A DNA stretch of 64,000 bases, taken from the IMG/VR virus record IMGVR_UViG_3300003320_000620, positions 24,095 to 88,094 of that record. One strand, 5' to 3'. The translations under genes and the position numbers were made by a program. Source of the DNA: a virus (taxonomy: Duplodnaviria; Caudoviricetes). Of this stretch, positions 1-7,829 are shown piece after piece. A model generated the notes under the pieces. That model searched no databases. It saw only the letters and a program-made list of their open reading frames with translations, and was not told the DNA's origin. Every line of letters starts with the position of its first letter. Position 1 is the first letter of the stretch.

Positions 1-54
1 GCTATAGACAGACATTTCAGGACGGACAAGACCTAATTAAATGGTCAGAAGCAT

Positions 55-520
55 TAGACAGAGCGGCCAATACTCTTGCAGAACACCTAGATGAGTTTGT
101 TGAATATACAGTTAGTAGATGAGCAGATTTGAAGCTATCCTCTAAGATCACCCCTAGAAGGAATTGATCCTAGGATAGCACCGATGTGCTGGTTTTGTTG
201 CTGAATATGGTAGATGAGGTGGCAAGAATCGGTGGATTTGGGAGGAAGGAATTTGGCCTCCCTCCGACTTCTTCTGTCTTAGTCTTTCATCCGACGTCAT
301 AAATACACGACGATAGACGAAGAAGACTTTAAAATTACTTAGATGAGCCTGTCTAATCGGCATCGGACACCCCCGACATAATAGCCGACACAACAGATTC
401 GGCGGTGGGCTCGTCGACGTCGCCGCCGAATCTGTTGTGGATGAGCCGATTAAGCTAGATGAGCCTGTCTAATCGCCGTCGGAGGCTAGACGAGCCAGAC
501 AGCAGATGAGGTAGATGAGC
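55..520 (+). repeat. Dispersed array of YAGAYGAG motifs including an exact 20-bp direct repeat
   Basis: TAGATGAG(C/G/T) at 88, 116, 211, 340, 456, 512; TAGACGAGC at 487; CAGATGAGG at 503; TAGATGAGCCTGTCTAATCG exact at 340-359 and 456-475. Confidence 0.8.
389..439. repeat. Perfect 17-bp inverted repeat with 17-nt spacer
   Basis: CACAACAGATTCGGCGG (389-405) / CCGCCGAATCTGTTGTG (423-439), between the two 20-bp direct repeats. Confidence 0.9.
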
Positions 521-590
521 TAGCAAGAGCCCGACGGACTGACGCCAGCAAAGCCATAAAACTAGCCAGGGACAGGCTAGGACTTTACAG

Positions 591-626
591 GGCAAAAATA
601 AACTGGTAGGCCATGCGGCCTACCAG
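591..626 (-). terminator. Intrinsic terminator for leftward transcription
   Basis: 10-bp stem CTGGTAGGCC/GGCCTACCAG (603-626), 4-nt loop, followed on the minus strand by TTTATTTTT. Confidence 0.7.
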
Positions 627-788
627 CCATTTTACGCCTTAACCGTCAATTTTGTACCAGTTGCCGTTTTCAGCGTTCAATTGGTACTTTTGGCCTTTGC
701 CCAGCCCTAAGCCAACGCCGTACTGCTTGTGACTATGCGGCGTCATAATGGCCCGTCAATGCGTTTCACTTGCCAACGTAACGGCCAA

Positions 789-812
789 CCAAGGCCTTAG
801 CTAAGGCCTTGG
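789..812. repeat. Perfect 24-bp palindrome
   Basis: CCAAGGCCTTAGCTAAGGCCTTGG is its own reverse complement; 33 nt past the stop of ORF 845-1522. Confidence 0.9.
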
Positions 813-844
813 CAAGCTCAACCAGTAGCTTTTTGAGCATGTGG

Positions 845-1522
845 CTACTGTTGCGGCTGGTCACTCAACGCCGCGTCAACGGCCTGCTCAACGCTATGGG
901 CAAGCTGTTGCTGAATGTCAGGGGTTGCCTGATCAGGCTCAGCCGCGGGCTTTTCAGCCTTTGGCTTGGGCTTACGCTTTGAAGCCGCCGCTTTGGGCTC
1001 AGGCGCGTCACTGGTAGCCTTTTCAGCTTTGGGCTTAGTAGTACCGCCCTTAGCCTTTTGCTTACCAGCGGGCTTTGTAGCGTCACTGTCAGCACCTGCT
1101 GTTAGCGTAGCCTGAAAGCCCTGCAAGGCACGTTCAAGCGCTTTCACGCCCTTTTGAGTGAACGTCAACCAAAACCGCCCACTGCCTTTAACCCTAGTGA
1201 AGTAGTGTAACCCCTCACCACGGTTATTGGCGCTTAACTCCCGGCTATGGTTATGAGCCGGGCCGCTGTTGAAAGCGGCTGAAAGCTCAGCAACGCTTGC
1301 CCCTTCAGGGCGTAATTGCATGGCCACAAAACCGGCTTCAGGCCCCGGCTTACGTAGCTTACCAAACGCCAAGGCCACAGTCAGCATTTCAGCCGTAGGG
1401 GCAGGCCCGGCATGCTTTACCGGCCACCCTTTCAACCAGGGCTGAAAACCGTCAACCAAAAATTGCACGGGTGTAACGGTTTTCAGTACGTCAACGTTGT
1501 TGATAGTGTTTTGAGTGGTCAT
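845..1522 (-). CDS. Early protein, possible winged-helix N-domain with Lys/Ala/Pro-rich tail
   Basis: 225-aa ORF with GAGGTG RBS; segment LRPEGASVAELSAAF resembles HTH proteins; basic low-complexity C-terminus. Confidence 0.65.
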   Translation of the reverse strand: MTTQNTINNVDVLKTVTPVQFLVDGFQPWLKGWPVKHAGPAPTAEMLTVALAFGKLRKPGPEAGFVAMQLRPEGASVAELSAAFNSGPAHNHSRELSANNRGEGLHYFTRVKGSGRFWLTFTQKGVKALERALQGFQATLTAGADSDATKPAGKQKAKGGTTKPKAEKATSDAPEPKAAASKRKPKPKAEKPAAEPDQATPDIQQQLAHSVEQAVDAALSDQPQQ

Positions 1523-1634
1523 AGTGTCACCTCAAGTTGTAGGGTGCCGCTAGTTGTCAACGTAGCCCTAGCCACGTTCAAAGGCACCCGGTTGTCAAAA
1601 AGCCCGGTTGCTGCGGCAACCGTGGTTTACGTAT

Positions 1635-1690
1635 GAACCATGATGATGCGCATTACAAGCCACCAAAAACAAAAAACACAAAAAACACGT
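1635..1690 (-). promoter_or_regulatory. Possible leftward early promoter with A/T-tract UP-like element
   Basis: Minus-strand TTGTAA (1653-1658) with three A5-6 tracts at 1665-1685 upstream; -10 box is weak. Confidence 0.3.
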
Positions 1691-1757
1691 TCACAGTTGC
1701 GTGATTGCTTTGTGATTTACGGGGGGACCTTTAAGGATTTGCCCCGACCCGCCTAGA

Positions 1758-1773
1758 TGTTTCACGTGAAACA
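1758..1773. promoter_or_regulatory. parS: parS centromere-like site (chromosomal ParB/Spo0J consensus)
   Basis: TGTTTCACGTGAAACA, an exact match to the widespread bacterial parS consensus; palindrome extends to 18 bp (1757-1774). Confidence 0.8.
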
Positions 1774-1797
1774 TGCTTGACAGAGCAGGACGATGTG

Positions 1798-1822
1798 AAG
1801 TACCGCCTTAGGCGGTACTTTT
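1798..1822 (+). terminator. Hairpin with T-tract, terminator-like
   Basis: AAGTACCGCC-TTA-GGCGGTACTT followed by TT. Confidence 0.5.
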
Positions 1823-2166
1823 GCACAGAGCCCAATGGAGCAGGAGGACGGCGGAGGGGAGGCCCCCAGCAAAAGAACAGGACGAGGGTGCATTCAGTTG
1901 GATTTTTCAAAAATGGTACCCCCTCCTCCCTCTAGACTCGCCTCATCCCTATACAATACGCGGCAAATTTTGACTTAACTATCTTTTTGGACAGGGCCAT
2001 AAGCTTCAAGCCGTAATCCTTCACCTCCAGCTCTAACCTGGTCTATTTCTGCTCTTAACGCGATAAGGGTTTCCAGCCATGGCGACCCACCACGGGTCGG
2101 GATCAGCGGCGATGGTCTCGCGGCGTTGCGAATTCTTGATCGCGCCGATGACGGTATATTCGCTGG

Positions 2167-2337
2167 TCATGGTGTAGTCTTTCGGGGCGCAAATAGAGGG
2201 GATGACTGTATTATCCGAAGAGTGACAATTTCAGTTCGTTCAAACAGGCAATCTCCGCACTTCACTTCAGGCTTTGTATCCGAATCGTAGGACGTGACTC
2301 GGTTGCACTTTGGGCATCGCAGATGATAGCGAGTCAT
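2167..2337 (-). CDS. Small zinc-ribbon protein (56 aa, below ORF-track cutoff)
   Basis: MTRYHLRCPKCNRVTSYDSDTKPEVKCGDCLF...: two CxxC pairs. Confidence 0.5.
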   Translation of the reverse strand: MTRYHLRCPKCNRVTSYDSDTKPEVKCGDCLFERTEIVTLRIIQSSPLFAPRKTTP

Positions 2338-2513
2338 GATGCAATCTCATCAATGCAGCGCGAGAGCAGCATCTTCTGGATTAAAGCCTACAAAGACCTT
2401 TGTGCCACTGCTTAATGTGCATTCTATGCCCTTCACTGTCTTTTTAGCCATTGATCTACCTCCTTGTTGATATGGATGTTAGGCCCTGGTTCTGGCCCAG
2501 GTATAGGTCTGGC

Positions 2514-2999
2514 CTAACTATCTTTTTCATCTGCTTCAATCAAGATTTTTGCTGCTGTCTTAACATCATCATCCCTGACAAGGGCTATTTTGGCAGTTTT
2601 GATGGCTGATCTCAGTCGTTTGATTTCAGTTTCTGGGTCTTCAGGTAAGTTTTTGAGCTCTTCGTCAGTGCCTATAAATCGGCAGTGTTTGGCCATACCT
2701 TGATCTATAAGGCTTTGGGGGTAGCCATCCCTTAGCAGGGTTTGTTCTAAAGCTTCATTTGGTTCTGGCTTATAGGGTTTTGGGAACCCATAGCGCCAGC
2801 CTGCTGGCGCTAGTACCTGTACCCAGGCATTCCTTGGTTTGGAACTTAGGAATTCATCTATTGCTTTTTTCCCTTCACTGAAGTCTTTGTATTCAATTTG
2901 TAAAATCCCTGTTAAATCCACTATCCTGCAGGGCAGCATAATACCGCCCCTTATTTCACATAGATGTGCTGGTCTTTCATGTGTATTACACCATTTCAT
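2514..2999 (-). CDS. Hypothetical phage protein
   Basis: 161-aa ORF co-directional with early cluster; contains GWRYGFPK motif seen in phage proteins. Confidence 0.6.
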   Translation of the reverse strand: MKWCNTHERPAHLCEIRGGIMLPCRIVDLTGILQIEYKDFSEGKKAIDEFLSSKPRNAWVQVLAPAGWRYGFPKPYKPEPNEALEQTLLRDGYPQSLIDQGMAKHCRFIGTDEELKNLPEDPETEIKRLRSAIKTAKIALVRDDDVKTAAKILIEADEKDS

Positions 3000-3164
3000 C
3001 GGTCCAGTTCCTCAGCTAGAAATTCTAGCTTCTTTATCCACTCATTGGCCTTCCCACTGAAATACACAGTGAAGATGTGTTCTGGATCTGGGTTATTTAG
3101 CTCCTTCTTTATTTCTTCCATTAGATCAAGCAGCACTTTCCTTATCTGGTGATCTTGCAACATG

Positions 3165-3494
3165 TCATCTACTCACAAAACAGCGGGATTTTTTATGCAG
3201 GCGACGTTGTGCCTGCTTGCTCGGTGGTTGCCTTTCGTTACGAAACTTTTTGTAGGCACGTTTGAGCAAGCGCTTACCTATCTGACCACGTGGGTCTGGC
3301 GGCGCTGATTTGTACCAGAAGTAAGGACTGGTTATCATGCGACCACGGTTGTTGTAGGTACAGGAACCAGCCCGGTGGTTTTCGTCACGTATTGTTTCTA
3401 CAATGAAGAGTTTGGCATAACGCTGCCATAGCGGATCTTCTTCGTCACGTAGGCGGTCGCATACCCGCCGTACCATTTGTGTCTCGGTAAGCAT
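3165..3494 (-). CDS. Hypothetical basic protein
   Basis: 109-aa ORF, GAGAG RBS, tightly packed. Confidence 0.55.
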   Translation of the reverse strand: MLTETQMVRRVCDRLRDEEDPLWQRYAKLFIVETIRDENHRAGSCTYNNRGRMITSPYFWYKSAPPDPRGQIGKRLLKRAYKKFRNERQPPSKQAQRRLHKKSRCFVSR

Positions 3495-3506
3495 TTCTGT
3501 TCTCTC

Positions 3507-3815
3507 CTATTTCAGCGTTACCTCACGCCCATTCAGGTGTTTGCTCAGGTGCTTTTCGTAACGCTTTTGCTCTAGCTCCATTTGATCTGCCATTGCTTCA
3601 GTATATTCTGCTTCTGTTATGAGTCCTTTCTTAATCAAGAGGGCCGCTAACCCGGCAGTATCGGACATGGCTGAGTTGACCCCTACCCTTAGATGCTTTG
3701 GCTCTGTGGCGCTGGGGCAGTAGTTCATGTCCATTGTTACGCCTGATTGCATGGCGTGAGCGGCCCGGTGATAGCGTTCTACTGCTTCTGCTATTCTTTT
3801 TTCATCGTCTGTCAT
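3507..3815 (-). CDS. Hypothetical phage protein
   Basis: 102-aa ORF with GGAG RBS; PKHLRVGVNSAM motif recurrent in phage hypotheticals. Confidence 0.65.
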   Translation of the reverse strand: MTDDEKRIAEAVERYHRAAHAMQSGVTMDMNYCPSATEPKHLRVGVNSAMSDTAGLAALLIKKGLITEAEYTEAMADQMELEQKRYEKHLSKHLNGREVTLK

Positions 3816-3832
3816 TAGCCTTTTCTCCCAAT

Positions 3833-3862
3833 AAAAAAGGTGGGCTATGATAGCCCACCTTT
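3833..3862 (-). terminator. Intrinsic terminator
   Basis: 12-bp stem AAAGGTGGGCTA/TAGCCCACCTTT, minus-strand T6 tract, downstream of ORF 3888. Confidence 0.75.
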
Positions 3863-3887
3863 AACAAGTTCGTTGCTAATCTTGCGA

Positions 3888-4244
3888 TTAGGCAGCTGGC
3901 GCCGGGGGCGGCGTCATCGCATCAAGTGCGTCGAGCTTATCAGCGATTACACCCGCATGGTTCTGGATATCATCTAGAAGTGCCTGGTCTTCCGGTGTGA
4001 TGGCACCGTTGCTGTTCTGTAGTGCGATGATCTTGTCGTTCAGGGTCTGAACGTCCTGCTGCAGGCCAGCCACAGCAGCGTCCTGACGATCAGTGAACGC
4101 TTTCATTTTGGCAGCAAAGTCAGAAATGGCAGACATCATCTTCTCCAGTTGGCGTTCTATTGCAGCGAATTGTCGCTTTGCGAAAACTTCAAATTCGCTG
4201 GGTCCGAAAAGCGACATGAGGGGGTCCTCCAGTACCGCCCTCAT
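3888..4244 (-). CDS. Small coiled-coil protein (true start possibly internal, ~4139)
   Basis: Heptad-like helix AVAGLQQDVQTLNDKIIALQ and PPPAPAA tail. Confidence 0.6.
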   Translation of the reverse strand: MRAVLEDPLMSLFGPSEFEVFAKRQFAAIERQLEKMMSAISDFAAKMKAFTDRQDAAVAGLQQDVQTLNDKIIALQNSNGAITPEDQALLDDIQNHAGVIADKLDALDAMTPPPAPAA

Positions 4245-4280
4245 ATAGCAACGAACTATGACTATTTGAAGAGGCGTGGC

Positions 4281-4761
4281 CTAAGCCTGCCCAGCTAACT
4301 GTTGCGCCAGCTGCTTGCATTCCTCCTTTACATACTCAAAGGTCCTGTATTTGGCATCTGCAAAGGCGTATGAGCGTATGCCCTCAAACCTAAAGAGTTT
4401 TGGGGCAACGTCGTCGCAGTGAGCGCAGTCAAACCCTAACCACCACACTTTGTCTGGTTCACCCTCTTCTACCACATGACAAAATACCGTGCTCTTTAGC
4501 AGGGGGGTGTATCTGACAAGGCCCAGCGAACGTAAGGCCGCCATGGCATTCTACGTCAACAGTGTCATACTCTTTACCGTGACATGGGCGGCCCTCCGGT
4601 ACCCCCACATAGCCACAGAGCGCCCCAACAGGGTTGCGCACTATCAGGCAAGGCAAACCAGTATCTTCATCTTGCCATTGCACCTTGTCTGGCTCATGGT
4701 CCCACACACCGCGTGGCCACTCAGATTTGTCAACGACATTTTCATAGACAATTGTCTTCAT
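4281..4761 (-). pseudogene. Phage hypothetical gene broken by a 1-nt frameshift (or sequencing indel)
   Basis: CGYVGVP..HGGLTF half (ORF 4459-4875) and WWLGFDCAH half (ORF 4281-4544) join as KEHGI-CHVVEEG if one base is removed from the A4 run at 4481-4484. Confidence 0.6.
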
Positions 4762-4875
4762 TTTTTCCTCACTCAACGCAGGTATATGCTCAAAGCCAGG
4801 GCGAGATAGGCAACCAGCAATCCAGAGTAGTGCCCTGTTGCCCACAGCCAAGCAGGTTGGCCTGTATCCTTCCAT

Positions 4876-5076
4876 TTAAGGTAGGTGTAGGCTGTACAGG
4901 CAATCAGTAGTCCGCTCCCTATCAGAAAGTAGGGCATTCCCATGTCTTTGCCTCCTGTTATGTTTTCGCTTTATTGCTTTACGAACGCCAGCACGCCATC
5001 TGCGCCAGCGCTTTGCCTTCCTACACAAAGCATCAAATTCACTTCCGCTTATTAAGCGGGTTCTATGGCCCATCAT
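4876..5076 (-). CDS. Small Arg/Lys-rich hypothetical protein
   Basis: 66 aa, overlaps stop of upstream gene. Confidence 0.5.
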   Translation of the reverse strand: MMGHRTRLISGSEFDALCRKAKRWRRWRAGVRKAIKRKHNRRQRHGNALLSDRERTTDCLYSLHLP

Positions 5077-5561
5077 TGTAACCTCGTTACTAAACCACGC
5101 TCCCTGTATTCAGTCAGCATGTGATCTGCTAAGTTGTTGGTCCAGTGGTTTTCAGTGCTGGCATGACCTTCTTTGCCCACAACCATTGCTGCGCAGATGG
5201 GGCATATTGGTTTATGCTCTACGTGTGCGTACATCCTCAACAGGTCCTCCGGGCCAACCATTTCCATCAGCGCAACAGTCATTTTGGTGAAGGATTCCAT
5301 AAGCGGATCAGTAAACGCTTCAGGCCCTTCATCTTGAATTTTTTTGGCCATGGCCTCGGCTTCGGCAGGCCCCTTACTGATTAAGTGGCCCATTCCTCTG
5401 TCTGAGATGGCAGCGTGCATCATTTCCCAGTGTTTGCTGCAGCAGGCAAAAGCAACCTGATCGCCGTTCTCAACGTCAACGCCATTGAATGTAGAATGAT
5501 AGTTAATCATAAACCCCTCCTGTTGTGGCGTGGCTTCTGATTTTTGAGTATACGGGTGCAC
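5073..5561 (-). CDS. Hypothetical protein with Cys motifs
   Basis: 162-aa ORF, CC..HW and CPIC motifs; GAGGGG RBS before internal ATG. Confidence 0.6.
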   Translation of the reverse strand: MHPYTQKSEATPQQEGFMINYHSTFNGVDVENGDQVAFACCSKHWEMMHAAISDRGMGHLISKGPAEAEAMAKKIQDEGPEAFTDPLMESFTKMTVALMEMVGPEDLLRMYAHVEHKPICPICAAMVVGKEGHASTENHWTNNLADHMLTEYRERGLVTRLQ

Positions 5562-5614
5562 GCCGCTTTAACCAGTATACCCAACCCCTGCTTTCTTGAA
5601 GCAGCAACGGGGAT

Positions 5615-5644
5615 TTGACAAAAAACTATAAGATGTTGTATCTA
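5615..5644 (+). promoter_or_regulatory. Putative sigma70-type promoter for the RfaH-like gene and late unit
   Basis: TTGACA at 5615-5620; imperfect -10 (GTATCT/TATCTA) 17-18 nt downstream, in the divergent intergenic gap. Confidence 0.45.
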
Positions 5645-5675
5645 CAGCAAGTTCCTTGCTGAACCAAGTGCCCCA

Positions 5676-6158
5676 ATGCCCTGGATCGTAGCCTTAACGA
5701 AGCCAAATCAGGAGCACATAGCCTGCGAAAATCTTTCGCGTCAGGGCTTCCAGTATTATTGGCCTCGTTTCAGTCAAAAAAGACCTAACAAAAAGGATGT
5801 TGTTTGCAGTCTGTTTCCTCGCTATCTTTTTGTTCTTATTTCACAAATTTGGTATCCATTAACAGGGACAAGGGGTATTTCAAAAGTGCTATTAGGAAAT
5901 GATGGACCCCTAATTCTACCGGGGTCAGAACTAGACAATTTGAGAAAGCGTGAAGGGGTGAATGGCCTCATTCAGCTTTCGCCACTCCCTCCTAAATTCC
6001 AGAACGGCGACAAGGTCAAGGCAACAGAAGGTGCTTTGGCTGGCCACCTGTTGATCTATGAGGGGATGACTGCTAAGGACCGTTGTCGTGTCCTAGCCCA
6101 GCTGCTGGGTGGGCACGTTCGCGTAGAACTGGACGAAAAGCTGCTGGTGGCAGCTTAA
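5676..6158 (+). CDS. NusG/RfaH-family transcription antiterminator
   Basis: NGN motifs W.VA.TKPNQE..A..NL.RQGF and LFPRYLFV, TRG; C-terminal KOW F..GD.V...EG.LAG. Confidence 0.9.
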   Translation: MPWIVALTKPNQEHIACENLSRQGFQYYWPRFSQKRPNKKDVVCSLFPRYLFVLISQIWYPLTGTRGISKVLLGNDGPLILPGSELDNLRKREGVNGLIQLSPLPPKFQNGDKVKATEGALAGHLLIYEGMTAKDRCRVLAQLLGGHVRVELDEKLLVAA

Positions 6159-6182
6159 TGGGTTTGTGATCCACAACAGTAG

Positions 6183-6217
6183 GCAGTCTAGGTAAATCCC
6201 TGGACTGCGGTAGCTTG
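6183..6217 (+). promoter_or_regulatory. JUMPStart/ops-like element
   Basis: TGCGGTAGCTTG (6206-6217) matches 9 of 10 defined positions of ops GGCGGTAGnnTG; preceded by stem GCAGTCTA/TGGACTGC; 11 nt before the first late start codon. Confidence 0.7.
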
Positions 6218-6228
6218 AGGGCTTTATT

Positions 6229-6456
6229 GTGAGTGAAGATGTTTTAGTACAGGGGGTTGTTAAGTGGTTCAACAAAGAAAAAGGCTATGGCTTTGTTACG
6301 CCTAATGGCAATGGATTTGACATCTTCATTCACGCTAAGCAACTCAGGCTGTCCGGGATAGACAGCCCTCTGGAAGAGGGGAATAAAGTCAGCTTTGTAA
6401 CCAGTAAAGGCCCAAAAGGGCCTTTTGCTACGAAAATCACAATCCTGAAAGGTTGA
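6229..6456 (+). CDS. Cold-shock domain protein
   Basis: GVVKWFN.EKGYGFVTP...DIFIHA (RNP1/RNP2) and GPKGPFA motifs. Confidence 0.95.
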   Translation: MSEDVLVQGVVKWFNKEKGYGFVTPNGNGFDIFIHAKQLRLSGIDSPLEEGNKVSFVTSKGPKGPFATKITILKG

Positions 6457-6460
6457 TCTA

Positions 6461-6631
6461 ATGGCTAAGAAGAGCTACTCGGCTAAGGCGGCTGCTGCAG
6501 GCAAAGACATTGGAAAGCCTGGGAAGAACTTTTCGAAAATTGCTGAAAGCGCTGGCAAGAAGTATGGCTCAGCCGAAGCTGGTAAGCGCGTAGCTGGTGC
6601 TGTGCTGGCCAAGCTCCGTAAGAAGGGCTAA
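6461..6631 (+). CDS. Small basic protein (56 aa, below ORF-track cutoff)
   Basis: MAKKSYSAKAAAAGKDIGKPGKNFSKIAESAGKKYGSAEAGKRVAGAVLAKLRKKG; fills the gap in the operon. Confidence 0.7.
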   Translation: MAKKSYSAKAAAAGKDIGKPGKNFSKIAESAGKKYGSAEAGKRVAGAVLAKLRKKG

Positions 6632-6634
6632 TTC

Positions 6635-6940
6635 ATGGCAACTTTGTACGTCACTGAGTTTTCTGCTGTCCTTAATATCCATGCTGTCGGTGGCGCTGCA
6701 GCTTTTCAGCCGCCAGTAGCCGAACAGACAGTTTCTATTGGCGGCGCTTCTACGGCTTCTTCTGCATTCAATAATGGCACACGCCTTGTTCGCCTGCACA
6801 CCGATGCAATCTGTTCTATTGAGTTTGGTACCAGCCCAACAGCAGATGCTACAAAAGCTCGAATGGCAGCAGGGCAGACAGAATACTTTGCAGTACCTGA
6901 GGGTAAGAGCTATAAAGTAGCTGTCATTACGAATACCTAA
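6635..6940 (+). CDS. Hypothetical, probably virion-associated protein
   Basis: 101-aa beta-rich ORF with VRLHTDAICSIEFG and TEYF motifs. Confidence 0.65.
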   Translation: MATLYVTEFSAVLNIHAVGGAAAFQPPVAEQTVSIGGASTASSAFNNGTRLVRLHTDAICSIEFGTSPTADATKARMAAGQTEYFAVPEGKSYKVAVITNT

Positions 6941-6948
6941 GAGGCAAA

Positions 6949-7560
6949 TTGGCCATGATGCTAACATCTACTACAGCTGCAGACGCAAGTGGTGCTTTTG
7001 CTATCCTTAAGATGCTTGGTGATGACAACGAATATAAAAAGAGATTCGATGAAATCACTGAGGCACTCAATCAGGCAAACAAAGCACAGGAAGATGCCAA
7101 AGCAGCGGCCGATGCGGCTCAACGTAAAATTGATCTAGCTGAGAAAGTAGCAATTGAGGCTCAGGCTAGGGCTGCAGAACTAGAAGTAAGGAAAACCAAT
7201 CTCGATGCAAAAGAAGCTTATCTGCTCTCCTATCTTGAGAGCTTAAAGCAAAAAGAATCTCAGATTAAGGCTGAGGCTGAAAAAGCATCAGCCGATGTAA
7301 AGAAAGCACTTCAGCAAGAAGCTGCAAAGATTTCAGACAAAGAAAAAGAGATACAGGCTAAGATTGCTGACTTTGAAAAGTACAAAGCTAATGAAACAAA
7401 ACGAATTGATTCTATCAACAACGATCTTCAGTCAAAGGTTCAAGCTTTGAATTTACAGGATGTTAATCAAAAAAAGCTATTAGCAGAAGCTATGGCGTTA
7501 AAGGCTGATTATGAAAAGAGGATTGCAGCTGTGCTGGCTGCTATCAATAAAGATAAATGA
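6949..7560 (+). CDS. Long coiled-coil protein
   Basis: 203 aa, K/E/A/Q-rich heptads. Confidence 0.7.
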   Translation: MAMMLTSTTAADASGAFAILKMLGDDNEYKKRFDEITEALNQANKAQEDAKAAADAAQRKIDLAEKVAIEAQARAAELEVRKTNLDAKEAYLLSYLESLKQKESQIKAEAEKASADVKKALQQEAAKISDKEKEIQAKIADFEKYKANETKRIDSINNDLQSKVQALNLQDVNQKKLLAEAMALKADYEKRIAAVLAAINKDK

Positions 7561-7829
7561 GCATTGTAGCCTCCATCATACTCTCAACTTACGTCCAAGC
7601 CGACGGCCGCCACTGGGTGCGTGAGCAGCATACCGACCAGATCGGGGTCAAATGGTTGCGGACCTATCTGGTGGGCGCGGCGGACGACCTTAATGCGGCA
7701 CTCGCAGCCTATGCCGTGCAGCTCGCGGCGGACATTACGGCGCAGGAGATTGCGACCAACATCGCGGCAGTGATGGCAACCGGATCACAGGCGACGATCA
7801 GTCTCGTCTACTCAACGGCAGGGCAATAG
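7557..7829 (+). CDS. Hypothetical protein preceding tail-fibre-like gene
   Basis: 90 aa; ATGA overlap with upstream stop. Confidence 0.6.
   Translation: MSIVASIILSTYVQADGRHWVREQHTDQIGVKWLRTYLVGAADDLNAALAAYAVQLAADITAQEIATNIAAVMATGSQATISLVYSTAGQ

Noticed and set aside
55-520. CRISPR array
   Set aside because: Repeats are 8-20 bp, irregularly spaced, without uniform spacers or cas genes
583-1724. DarT (TNTC), common CRISPR PAM or GATC avoidance as the sole cause of the motif gap
   Set aside because: TTTC/TGTC, NGG, TTC, AAG and one GATC remain in the block, so none of these alone explains it
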